Source: Desulfobacterales bacterium
Lineage (GTDB): Bacteria > Desulfobacterota > Desulfobacteria > Desulfobacterales > UBA5616
NCBI GenBank assembly: GCA_046483495.1
Contig: JAWODC010000036.1
Span: 47,260 to 111,259 of the forward strand
Reading direction: 5' to 3'
Length of the DNA stretch: 64,000 nucleotides
In this document: piece after piece, positions 49,583-58,943 of the stretch
Position numbering within the stretch: position 1 is the first letter of the stretch
How the letters are laid out: every line of letters begins with the position of its first letter
Translations under genes and position numbers: made by a program
The notes under the pieces: model-generated
What the model saw: only the letters and a program-made list of their open reading frames with translations
Databases searched by the model: none
Told to the model about the DNA's origin: nothing

Positions 49583-50674
49583 ATGGATGTGCACTTTTTA
49601 CCGAGATGCCGCAGTTCCCTGATCGGCAGCCTGCCGGTGGACAGCCATGAGACGGCAAACCGATGGGTATGGCAGTACAGTCCGGCGATTCCATTGTGGA
49701 TTCAACTGCCGGCCAACAGGGCGGAAGACATGATCCTTCAGTTTCTGCCGGGAATGCCGGGGCTGGTCAATGAAGACGGGCGCGTTTACGTCGATACGCA
49801 GGGAAAGGCTTTCGATGACGAATTGGTGGCGTTCTATGAAGAATACCTCTCCGTAACAGAGGAAAATGCCGATTTCGATACATCCAGGTTTGCCCTTTCG
49901 GCTGAATCCGCGCCCGGTTTTTATATCTTTCTCGAGTCGCTTGAAAAGAGAGCCCATCCGCCCGAAGCGGTCAAGGGTCAGGTCACAGGCCCCATAACCC
50001 TTTGCACCAGCGTCACGGACCAGGAAAAAACGGCCGTTTTTTATCATGATCAACTGCGGGACGCCGCCGTTAAACTGATAAGTTTAAAGGCGCGCTGGCA
50101 GGTCCGGCGGCTATCAGGCTTCGGTGTTCCGGTGATCCTGTTCATTGACGAACCGTCGCTTGCCGGATTTGGCTCCTCCGAATTTACCAGCATCTCCAAA
50201 GATCAGGTGAAGGCCTGTCTTGAAGAGGTCATCGATGCCGTCCATGCCGAAGGCGGACTTGCGGGTGTTCATGTGTGCGCCAATACCGATTGGTCCCTTA
50301 TATTGGAGACTTCTGTCGATATTGTAAATTTCGATGCGTACAGCTATTTTGACCGGTTTATCCTTTATTCGGACCCGATCAAACATTTTCTTCGAACCGG
50401 ACGGATACTGGCATGGGGAATCGTTCCAACATTTCCCGTTTCCAGTATGGAGACGGAATCGGCCCAATCACTATTGGCTAAATTAACCGAGCAGATGAAT
50501 GAAATTCAGGATCTCGGGATTGACCGATCCGGCGTATTGGCACAGTCGCTGATTACACCGAGCTGCGGCGCCGGATCATTGAACCCGGCGCAGGCCGTTA
50601 AAGTGCTCCAACTGACGCAGGCGGTGTCGGAGGTGATGCACCACACGGCAATTTCCGAACAGGAATCAGGTTGA
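49583..50674 (+). CDS. Core (folate-independent, MesB-like) methionine synthase
   Basis: Single MetE C-terminal-type barrel: IGSLP, WIQLP, KGQVTGP, IDEP, Zn ligands HVC and TPSCG. Confidence 0.78.
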   Translation: MDVHFLPRCRSSLIGSLPVDSHETANRWVWQYSPAIPLWIQLPANRAEDMILQFLPGMPGLVNEDGRVYVDTQGKAFDDELVAFYEEYLSVTEENADFDTSRFALSAESAPGFYIFLESLEKRAHPPEAVKGQVTGPITLCTSVTDQEKTAVFYHDQLRDAAVKLISLKARWQVRRLSGFGVPVILFIDEPSLAGFGSSEFTSISKDQVKACLEEVIDAVHAEGGLAGVHVCANTDWSLILETSVDIVNFDAYSYFDRFILYSDPIKHFLRTGRILAWGIVPTFPVSSMETESAQSLLAKLTEQMNEIQDLGIDRSGVLAQSLITPSCGAGSLNPAQAVKVLQLTQAVSEVMHHTAISEQESG

Positions 50675-50757
50675 ACGACATCGCGACGGAACCGAAGCGA
50701 GGATTGAAACCGCGCCTTAGCGCAATTTTCGAGAAATCAAGGAGAAGGGGTAGTATT

Positions 50758-51612
50758 ATGACAGATGGCGGATCATACTTTAAATTTGTCGGGGCGACAC
50801 GCTACGTATTGGATGAAGAGCTGGCAAAGATCGTAAACATCTCAATGGCACTTGAAATGCCGTTGCTTTTAAAGGGCGAACCCGGCACCGGAAAAACAAT
50901 GCTCGCCCATGCCATCGCTGAAAATTTACGAATGCCGTTAATTGTTTTAAACGTCAAGTCCAGCATGAAACTGGTGGAAACCCTTTATCAATACGATACC
51001 TTAACGCGACTGAATGACAGCCGTTTCGGCGATTCCATGCGAAATGTCAGCAACATCGAAGAATACATCAAAATGGGAAAAATCGGCCAAGCGTTTACAG
51101 CCGATGAAAGAACCGTTTTGCTGATCGATGAAATCGATAAGGCGGATACTGATTTTCAGGATGACATGCTGGATATTCTGGATCAGATGGAATTTGACAT
51201 CATTGAAATCGACAAGACGGTCAGGGCCAAGCACAGGCCCGTTTTCATCATCACCTCCAATGCCAAGAAAGATTTGTCGGATCCGTTTCTGGGACGCTGC
51301 AATTTTCATCACATCGCTTTCCCGGACGCGAAGATGATGCGCAAAATTTTGAAGGTTCATTTTCCGGAAATCGAAAATGAGTTGATGGAAAACACCATGT
51401 CGGTCTTTTACCAGCTCAGGGAACTGGATGCCATTGAAAAGAAGCCCGCAACCCGCGAATTGATCAACTGGATACGGGCTTTGAATGCCGATAAAGATTT
51501 TCAGCCTAAAAAGCTCTTAAAAGGCGATATTCCCTTTATGGGGGTCCTCTTCAAAAAGAGCCTGGATTACGAAAAAGCCGTCGGTATGGTTAATCGAAGG
51601 AAGGTGTACTAG
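50758..51612 (+). CDS. MoxR-family AAA+ ATPase
   Basis: LLLKGEPGTGKT, LLIDEIDKAD, ITSN, FLGRC, KKPATRELINW. Confidence 0.9.
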   Translation: MTDGGSYFKFVGATRYVLDEELAKIVNISMALEMPLLLKGEPGTGKTMLAHAIAENLRMPLIVLNVKSSMKLVETLYQYDTLTRLNDSRFGDSMRNVSNIEEYIKMGKIGQAFTADERTVLLIDEIDKADTDFQDDMLDILDQMEFDIIEIDKTVRAKHRPVFIITSNAKKDLSDPFLGRCNFHHIAFPDAKMMRKILKVHFPEIENELMENTMSVFYQLRELDAIEKKPATRELINWIRALNADKDFQPKKLLKGDIPFMGVLFKKSLDYEKAVGMVNRRKVY

Positions 51613-51702
51613 GCATCAGCGTTTTTATGGGTTTCGGGTTGCCGGGTATCGGTACACCGGAAACGCGATGATCCGGCAATTCCCGTATAGAGGAAGTCAG
51701 CC

Positions 51703-52896
51703 ATGTTTATCGATTTTTTTTACACCTTAAAGGATGTGGGTGTTCCCGTAAGTCCGACCTCCTTTTTGCGGCTTCACGAGGCTTTGAGCAAGGGCCTGGT
51801 AAGTTCCCTAAATGATTTCTACATTTCTTCCCGTACGATTCTGGTGAAAAGCGAGCGGTACTTCGATCTTTACGATCAGGTGTTTGCACACCATTTCCAT
51901 GGCATGGAGCTGCCGGATGCCGAATCTCTGGAGATAGACGCGCTTACCCGGGCTCTTCTGGATGAATGGCTGAAAAACCCGAAGGACCTTGCCGATGCCT
52001 TGGGAATCGACGAGTCCGAAATCGCCAAACTGAGTCCGCAAGAATTGGTCGAGTATTTCAAGGAGCGCTTGAAAGAGCAGACCGAGCGCCATGACGGCGG
52101 AAACAAATGGATCGGAACAGGAGGGACTTCTCCGGTGGGGCATTCCGGCCATCATCCGGAGGGCATGCGTGTGGGAGGATCGTCCCGGAACAAATCCGCC
52201 GTTAAAGTCGCTATGGAGAGGCGATACAAAGATTACTCATTAAGGGGGCCTCTGACGCAGGCCATGGTTGGTGAGGCCTTAAAGCGGCTGCGGAACATGG
52301 TTGCCGACGGTCCCGAAGATCAGGTGGATGTCGATGAGACCATTTACCAGACCATGAGAAACGGCGGTGAAATCGAGATTCTATTTAAAAAAGCGCTGAA
52401 AGACCGGTTGAAGGTGATTCTGGCTATCGACAACGGCGGATGGTCCATGGATCCCTATGTCCCGGTTGTTCAGACGCTGTTCGACTATGCACGGGACCAG
52501 TTCAAGGACATCAAAATGTATTTTTTCCACAATACCATATATGACAACATTTGGCGCGATCCGTCCCGCTATAAAAAACCGCAGAAGGTCGACGAATTCG
52601 TTCGTTTCGATCCTGAAACACGCCTGATTGTCGTCGGTGATGCCAGTATGGCGCCCTATGAATTGATGGCTTCCGACGGCTCGATTCACATCGAGGAGAG
52701 AAACAGGAAATCAAGCATTGAACGCCTGCGGTTTCTGGCCAATACATTCAAACATTCCGTATGGCTGAACCCCGTGCCGGCACGGGCATGGCATCATACG
52801 CGTACAATCATTGAAATCGCAAAAATTTTTCCGATGTTTGAATTGAGCATCGACGGTCTGGAAAAAGCCGTAAACCATCTGCGTTCCAAATCGTAA
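51703..52896 (+). CDS. VWA-domain (CoxE-like) partner of MoxR
   Basis: HDGGNKWIGTGGTSP, DNGGWSM, YFFHN, VGDASMAPYEL, WLNP. Confidence 0.87.
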   Translation: MFIDFFYTLKDVGVPVSPTSFLRLHEALSKGLVSSLNDFYISSRTILVKSERYFDLYDQVFAHHFHGMELPDAESLEIDALTRALLDEWLKNPKDLADALGIDESEIAKLSPQELVEYFKERLKEQTERHDGGNKWIGTGGTSPVGHSGHHPEGMRVGGSSRNKSAVKVAMERRYKDYSLRGPLTQAMVGEALKRLRNMVADGPEDQVDVDETIYQTMRNGGEIEILFKKALKDRLKVILAIDNGGWSMDPYVPVVQTLFDYARDQFKDIKMYFFHNTIYDNIWRDPSRYKKPQKVDEFVRFDPETRLIVVGDASMAPYELMASDGSIHIEERNRKSSIERLRFLANTFKHSVWLNPVPARAWHHTRTIIEIAKIFPMFELSIDGLEKAVNHLRSKS

Positions 52897-52926
52897 CAGC
52901 GGTGAACCGGCCTCCCGTCAGCTGCC

Positions 52927-53739
52927 TTACCCCGTTTCCATCAGTTTTTCCCGATTCGGATCCACACGGTACAATCGGCATGTGTTTTCCCAGATAATGG
53001 CGCTCAACACCTTCGGGTCCTCCCCCCTTACCTCGGCCAATTTGATCAAAACGGAACGGACAAAGGCCGGTTCATTTCGCCGCACCTTGTTTTTATGCGG
53101 CGCCGGGGTTAAAAACGGCGCATCGGTTTCAACAAGAAGCCGTTCGGCGGGAATTTGCGGCACCAACTCCCTTAAATCCGCTCCACGGGCTTCGATGGTA
53201 ATGATTCCCGTAATGCCGATGCAATACCCCAAATCCAGGTATGCAAACATCTCTTTTTGGGTCCCGCTGAAGCAATGAACTACACCGCATCCGCCGGATT
53301 GCCGGTGCTGCTTCAATATTTCTAAAAACCGGCCCTTTGAATCCCGTTCATGCAGGATAACGGGAAGGTCAAGTTCATCCACAATTTCCAGTTGGCGGGC
53401 AAACCACTTTTCCTGGACCGCCTGCGGCGAAAACATCCGGTTGAAATCGAGTCCGATTTCTCCATACGCTCGAACTTTTTCCTCTTTTGCAAGATTTTTT
53501 AAAACAGCAACGGCAGACGCATTAGACGATTTGGCATCATGGGGATGAATGCCTACGGAAGCAAAAAACCCGTTCCGGGATTTTGCCAGGGAAACCGCCC
53601 GTTCGGAACTCTTCACATTGAACCCGACAAGCATGGCTGCTCGAACACCGGCGGCACCCGCCCGCCGAAGGACGGCGTCCATATCCTCTTGAAATTCGAG
53701 CCCGTGCAAATGGCAGTGGCTGTCGAATAGTTTCACCAT
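52927..53739 (-). CDS. tatD: TatD-family nuclease
   Basis: DSHCH, GIHPH, GEIGLD, LHER, VHCF, ETDAPFL, RNEP. Confidence 0.92.
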   Translation of the reverse strand: MVKLFDSHCHLHGLEFQEDMDAVLRRAGAAGVRAAMLVGFNVKSSERAVSLAKSRNGFFASVGIHPHDAKSSNASAVAVLKNLAKEEKVRAYGEIGLDFNRMFSPQAVQEKWFARQLEIVDELDLPVILHERDSKGRFLEILKQHRQSGGCGVVHCFSGTQKEMFAYLDLGYCIGITGIITIEARGADLRELVPQIPAERLLVETDAPFLTPAPHKNKVRRNEPAFVRSVLIKLAEVRGEDPKVLSAIIWENTCRLYRVDPNREKLMETG

Positions 53740-53808
53740 CTTCTCCTTTTTCCTGACGTTTACACACCATCAGAGGTGCTGTACCCTATCAGGTTTCGTT
53801 CGCTTTTC

Positions 53809-53878
53809 ATCGGTATCGGTATCGGGATCGGGATCGGTTTTTTTCTGTTGGATTTTCGATACCGATCCCGATACCGAT
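53809..53878. repeat. Inverted array of hexamer repeats
   Basis: (ATCGG[T/G])x5, spacer, then CGAT([A/C]CCGAT)x3. Confidence 0.75.
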
Positions 53879-54045
53879 TTGGAACTTCGGCAAGCAGGCA
53901 GACCGCCTTTTTTTATCGAACCATCATTAAACCGTCACGATGATCAAGATCAATAGAAAAGGGGCAAACATCCGGGATTTGACGATAATGATTCGGCGCT
54001 AAATATTACCTTGATTAGATTTTGGCACCTGTGTTATGGGGGACC

Positions 54046-54921
54046 ATGCTGTTAAATCCTTGTGATGGCACAACTTACGCTGAGTTACGAGCGCAGAAAT
54101 TTTTGTCGAAAAAGTGCCGGAAGAATGATCACCGGTTCTGCCCCCGTTGCCTTCAGCGGAAAAATTACCGGCTGAAGGACGGGCGCCGTCGATGCTCGCG
54201 GTGCAAATACACATTTCACGATTTCAGCGGAAGATGGATCAATGCAGGCCGAATCACATGTTCGCAGTGGCTGTCCTTGATACGGCTGTTCGAACAGGAG
54301 TTGCCGGCCAGGCAAGCTGCCGATAAAGTAGGCCTTTCCTATAATACGGTATATGGAGCGCTGAATACGCTGCGATATGCGATTTTAGCGCATGCGGAAG
54401 ATGCGCCGGCATATTTTTGCAGGAAAACGGGATACGTGAAATGCTGTTACGGCGGTAATCGAAGCTGTGATACCCGCAGATGTCTCATAGAGGACGTGCC
54501 CGTGTTCGGGATTCAGCATGTCGGCAACCAGGTGCAGGTCCGTTTGGTTCCCGATGTGACCCCCGGTAACCTGATCCGCTCGGAAGTGAAAAAAATTCGT
54601 CGGGGAAGCATTATCTATACGGACAGATATAAGGCATATGACGGGATGCTTTATTACGGCTACCATCATGCCCGTGTCATGTCCGATGACTGTTTCCCGG
54701 AAGATTACGTATTCATGAATCGCATAAATGGTTTCTGGACCTGGTCACGGGATCGCTTCGTCAAGTACTACGGCGTCTCTTCCATTAATTTCCCCTTATA
54801 TCTTAAGGAGCTGGAATTTCGGTACAACCACCGGGAGCAGGACATTTTCGAGATTCTTTCACAATACGTCTGCGACTTGATCCCGGATTTTAAAGAGGAA
54901 GAGTACTTGCAAAGCGCTTGA
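54046..54921 (+). CDS. IS1595/ISXO2-family transposase-derived protein with degenerate catalytic site
   Basis: CPRC..CSRC zinc ribbon, HTH (ARQAADKVGLSYNTV), VPVFGI, GSIIYTD, GFW, FPLYLKELEFRYNHR; intact reading frame. Confidence 0.85.
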   Translation: MLLNPCDGTTYAELRAQKFLSKKCRKNDHRFCPRCLQRKNYRLKDGRRRCSRCKYTFHDFSGRWINAGRITCSQWLSLIRLFEQELPARQAADKVGLSYNTVYGALNTLRYAILAHAEDAPAYFCRKTGYVKCCYGGNRSCDTRRCLIEDVPVFGIQHVGNQVQVRLVPDVTPGNLIRSEVKKIRRGSIIYTDRYKAYDGMLYYGYHHARVMSDDCFPEDYVFMNRINGFWTWSRDRFVKYYGVSSINFPLYLKELEFRYNHREQDIFEILSQYVCDLIPDFKEEEYLQSA

Positions 54922-54992
54922 CCCAATGAAGATTGGCGGCCGCTGGGGCATCCCGCCAAAAAAACGTGCACCACATTTCGTGGAGGTATTCA

Positions 54993-55823
54993 ATGTTTAC
55001 AATTGTCAGACGAGAAGAAATGGCCGAAGGGACGGTGATCCTCAATGAAATAGAGGCACCGCTGATCGCCGAAAAGGCAAAACCCGGCCAGTTTGTCATC
55101 CTGAAGGCCAATGAAACCGGAGAGCGCATCCCATTGACCATGGCGGATACAGACCCGGAAAAGGGTACGATTACTATCATTTATATGGTCGTGGGGAAAA
55201 CGACGGCGATTTTCAGAGATTTAAAAGAACAGGACGCTTATATGGATGTAATCGGCCCCCTGGGAAAACCCACCCATGTAGAAAAAGTCGGTAAGGTGGT
55301 ATGCGTGGGGGGCGGAACCGGTGTGGCGGTTCTTCATCCCATCACCCGGGCTCTCAAGGAAGTCGGTAACCACGTGATCTGCATTATCGGTGCGAGGACC
55401 AAAAACCTGCTGATACTGGAAGACCGGATGAGGGCTGCATCCAACGACCTTCGAATCTGCACGGATGACGGCTCATACGGCCACAAGGGGTTTGTTACGG
55501 AAGCGCTGAAGGAAGTCATGGAAGAAGGAGGTGTCCAACTGGTGGTGGCCATCGGTCCGGTGCCGATGATGAAATTCGTTTCGCAAATGACAAAGGAATA
55601 CGGCGTCAAAACCATCGTCAGCTTAAATCCCATTATGGTGGACGGTACGGGGATGTGCGGCGGCTGCCGTGTTACCGTCGGAGGGGAAACACGGTTCGCG
55701 TGCGTCGAGGGTCCGGAATTCGATGGGCATCAGGTGAATTATGACGAACTCATGAAACGGCTGCAGGCATACGCAGAAGATGAAAAGGCGAGTTATGACG
55801 AATATTGCCGCCGTTCAGGATAG
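54993..55823 (+). CDS. nfnA: Electron-bifurcating transhydrogenase small subunit (NfnA/SudB)
   Basis: AKPGQFVI, ERIPLT, GPLG, GGGTG, DDGSYG, MVDGTGMCGGCR, CVEGPEFD; GGAGG RBS. Confidence 0.9.
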   Translation: MFTIVRREEMAEGTVILNEIEAPLIAEKAKPGQFVILKANETGERIPLTMADTDPEKGTITIIYMVVGKTTAIFRDLKEQDAYMDVIGPLGKPTHVEKVGKVVCVGGGTGVAVLHPITRALKEVGNHVICIIGARTKNLLILEDRMRAASNDLRICTDDGSYGHKGFVTEALKEVMEEGGVQLVVAIGPVPMMKFVSQMTKEYGVKTIVSLNPIMVDGTGMCGGCRVTVGGETRFACVEGPEFDGHQVNYDELMKRLQAYAEDEKASYDEYCRRSG

Positions 55824-55911
55824 TCGGAAACCGGTCGGCGTATTTCATCGACAACCATACTAAAAATCAAATTCACTTGGATGGACATGATCCAACAATT
55901 CGGAGGCAACG

Positions 55912-57324
55912 ATGGCGCTAAATGGCGGCAAACAAGGGAAAACACCCAGGCAGAACATGCCGGAGCAAAAACCGGAAATTCGAAAACGCAATTTTGATGA
56001 AGTCCCCCTTGGCTTGAGCTCCGAGGCGGCGATGATAGAGGCTTCTCGATGCATTCAATGCAAGAATCCCGGGTGCGTAACCGGATGCCCGGTCGGTGTC
56101 GACATACCCGGGTTCATTGCAAGCATTAAGGAAGGGGATTTCAAGGGGGCTATTCAAACGGTTTGGAGCCGAAACAGCTTGCCGGCCGTTTGCGGCAGGG
56201 TCTGCCCGCAGGAGTCCCAATGTGAAGGCGTTTGTGTGTTGGGCAGAAAGGGAGACCCCGTGGCAATCGGTAATCTGGAGCGCTTTGCCGCGGATTATGA
56301 ACGGCTCAATGGCACCGGTGAACTTCCTTCAAAAGAAATACCAACAGGGAAAAAGGTGGCTGTCGTAGGTTCCGGTCCCGCCGGCCTGACGGTGGCCGGA
56401 GACCTGATTCTGAAGGGCCACGAGGTTACGCTGTACGAAGCCTTTCACAAACCCGGCGGCGTTCTGGTATACGGCATCCCTGAGTTTCGTCTTCCCAAGG
56501 ATATCGTTTTCAGTGAAGTGGGAACCTTGGAAAAGCTGGGGGTAAAACTGGAAAAGAACGCCGTTATCGGCAGAACGGTGAGTGTGGATGAGCTGTTCGA
56601 ACAGGGATTTGACGCCGTTTTTCTCGGAGTGGGTGCGGGACTTCCGCGATTTTTGAACATTCCCGGCGAAAATCTCATCGGAATCTTGTCGGCCAACGAA
56701 TATCTGACCCGGACGAACCTGATGAAGGGTTACCGGTTTCCGGAGTATGACACACCGGTTCCCATTGGAAAAAACGTGACGGTGTTCGGTGCAGGCAATG
56801 TTGCCATGGATTCCGCGAGAACGGCCATGCGTCTTGGCGCAGAACGGGTCCGCATCGTATACCGCCGTTCCCGCAATGAAATGCCGGCAAGAGCCGCGGA
56901 AATCCATCATGCCGAAGAGGAGGGAATCGAATTTTTTCTTCTTACCAGTCCCAAACGATTTCTCGGCGACGATTCCGGCAGGCTTCGGGGTGTGGAATGC
57001 CTGAAGATGGAATTGGGGGAACCGGATGAATCCGGCCGACGGAGGCCCGTTCCCGTTGAAGGGTCGGAGTTCGAACTGGAATGCGACCTTGCCGTCATTG
57101 CGGTAGGTGCGGGTGCCAATCCCCTGCTGACCCAATCCACCGAAGGATTGGCGTTGAACAAGCGGGGGTATATCGTGGCTGATACGGATACCGGCAAAAC
57201 CACCAAAAAAGGCGTATGGGCCGGAGGAGACATCGTTACGGGCTCTGCAACCGTCATTCTCGCCATGGGCGCCGGAAGGAAAGCCGCAGACTCCATACAC
57301 AAATATTTGACATGGGGATGGTGA
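55912..57324 (+). CDS. nfnB: Electron-bifurcating transhydrogenase large subunit (NfnB/SudA, GltD-like)
   Basis: RCIQCKNPGCVTGCP, CGRVCPQESQCE, GSGPAG, YGIPEFRL, GAGNVAMD, YRRS, GGDIVTG. Confidence 0.9.
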   Translation: MALNGGKQGKTPRQNMPEQKPEIRKRNFDEVPLGLSSEAAMIEASRCIQCKNPGCVTGCPVGVDIPGFIASIKEGDFKGAIQTVWSRNSLPAVCGRVCPQESQCEGVCVLGRKGDPVAIGNLERFAADYERLNGTGELPSKEIPTGKKVAVVGSGPAGLTVAGDLILKGHEVTLYEAFHKPGGVLVYGIPEFRLPKDIVFSEVGTLEKLGVKLEKNAVIGRTVSVDELFEQGFDAVFLGVGAGLPRFLNIPGENLIGILSANEYLTRTNLMKGYRFPEYDTPVPIGKNVTVFGAGNVAMDSARTAMRLGAERVRIVYRRSRNEMPARAAEIHHAEEEGIEFFLLTSPKRFLGDDSGRLRGVECLKMELGEPDESGRRRPVPVEGSEFELECDLAVIAVGAGANPLLTQSTEGLALNKRGYIVADTDTGKTTKKGVWAGGDIVTGSATVILAMGAGRKAADSIHKYLTWGW

Positions 57325-57776
57325 ACCCTCCTTCAAAGCACCTTCCGTGCCGTTTAAATGAACGGGGGATACACCAATTTTGTTATCGCCCGTTCATCGC
57401 CGTTTGCTAAAAAAAAGAGGGAACAAAACCCTTGACATCGGTGGGTTTGGTACGTATCCAATACAAAAAAGCGAAAAGAGGTTTCGATGCCTCTTGGCCT
57501 TTTTTCCTTCTTCACATCCATTCCATACCGTGTGTCGTATGGAAAACGCAGTGCCTTTATTTCGAAGCAGGTAATTCTCTGGTTCTAAAGGTAAGTAAGC
57601 CTTATATATGCATACGTGTGACGCATCACTGAACCCGATTATGTGTGTAATCCTGAAAAGGTGACAACCTCGAATTTCGGCATTTTGGCGCCGGCGAACG
57701 GCCCGACCGCCCCGCCCCTGATAAGTCCGAAAGTCGAATAATAAGCCAAGAACATCATATTCCAAAGGAGGCAAGG

Positions 57777-58787
57777 ATGAGTCTTTTCAAAACACGAATA
57801 ACAGAACTGTTCGGCATTGAATATCCCATTATCCAGGGGGGAATGGCCGCCGGAATCGTCAGTACGGGAGAATTGGCCGCCGCCGTTGCAAATGCCGGCG
57901 GAATCGGATTCATGTGCGCCATCCAGTGGGTGGACGACTTGAAAAAGCTCGAGGATGAAATCAAGAAAGTCAAAGACCTCACCGACAAGCCTTTCGGCAT
58001 CAATGTAACCCTGTTTACGGAAATCGGTCCGGAATGGTTCGAAAATGTTTTTGACATTATTGCAAAGTATGATGTGCCTGCGCTGGAAACATCGGCCAGA
58101 AGCCCGGAGCCATGGGTGCCGCGCATCAAGGAGATCGGCCTTCCCTGGATGCACAAAGTGGCCCGGATTCGGGACGGCATTAAAGCCGCAAAGCTGGGTG
58201 CCGACGCCCTGACGGTGATCGGCTCCGAAGAAGGCGGGCATCCGGGTGCGGAACGAAATGCCACCAGCGTTATCGGCCCTCTGTTGGTGGACTCCGTGGA
58301 TATCCCCGTGGCGATCGGCGGCGGCTTTTGCGACGGCCGGGGCCTGGTGGCCACCCTGGCCATGGGCGGCGAAGCCGTCTATATGGGAACCCGGTTCTGT
58401 GCCTCCGAGGAATGCGTCATTCATCCAAATGTAAAACAGTTGATTCTGGACACGGCGTACAATGAAACCGATTATCTCTTCATGTCCATCGGCGACCCGG
58501 TTAGGGCCATTCGCAATAAGCGGACCCAGAGCATTCTGGAAATCGAACGCACCGAAGGCAGCGAAGGCATTATGAAGTACATGGCTGAAAGCCGGAAAGA
58601 AGGGCATAGCTTCGGTGGCATGACCGCCATGAACACCGGTGACACCGAGGAGGGCATTCTGCCTCTGGGAATGGTGAGCGGCCGTATCAAGGAGATCAAG
58701 CCGGTCAAAGAAATCATGGCGGACATTGTCGATGAGGCAGAGGACGTTCTGAACAAACTGGCGGCGCGCAAGTACTGGAAATCTTAA
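57777..58787 (+). CDS. Nitronate monooxygenase / FabK-family flavoprotein
   Basis: YPIIQGGM, NAGGIG, TDKPFGIN, EEGGH, GGFCDGRG, MGTRF. Confidence 0.9.
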   Translation: MSLFKTRITELFGIEYPIIQGGMAAGIVSTGELAAAVANAGGIGFMCAIQWVDDLKKLEDEIKKVKDLTDKPFGINVTLFTEIGPEWFENVFDIIAKYDVPALETSARSPEPWVPRIKEIGLPWMHKVARIRDGIKAAKLGADALTVIGSEEGGHPGAERNATSVIGPLLVDSVDIPVAIGGGFCDGRGLVATLAMGGEAVYMGTRFCASEECVIHPNVKQLILDTAYNETDYLFMSIGDPVRAIRNKRTQSILEIERTEGSEGIMKYMAESRKEGHSFGGMTAMNTGDTEEGILPLGMVSGRIKEIKPVKEIMADIVDEAEDVLNKLAARKYWKS

Positions 58788-58790
58788 AAA

Positions 58791-58921
58791 TCGCCCTTTC
58801 AGAAACGGCTGATTCACTTCCTGCCCAACGCTTTGCCGACATATTTCTGCGTTGGTCGGAAATGTTAATCCTAAAATATTTTAACTGAAGCCAATTTTCT
58901 CATTTATGAAGATGGCTACTG
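58791..58921. repeat. Degenerate family A element (copy 3)
   Basis: TTCAGAAACGGCTGATTC...TTAATCCTAAAATA...AACTGAAGCCAATTTTCTCATTT matches segments of 34598-34743, with an internal insertion and deletion. Confidence 0.7.
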
Positions 58922-58943
58922 ATAAAAAAGGAGTTCATACAGG

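Noticed and set aside
54021..54038. TTTGGCACCTGTGTTAT as a sigma-54 promoter
   Set aside because: The -12 element lacks the conserved GC and the site is too close to the start codon.
57717..57742. CTGATAAGTCCGAAAGTCGAATA resembles a hammerhead ribozyme core
   Set aside because: The conserved CUGAUGA and GAAA are both altered, stem II pairs poorly, and I found no flanking stems I/III.
57639..58817. 392-aa minus-strand ORF, and similar long antisense ORFs such as 56329..57336 and 34868..35674
   Set aside because: They lie opposite well-supported genes, have no recognisable motifs, and are expected from codon bias.
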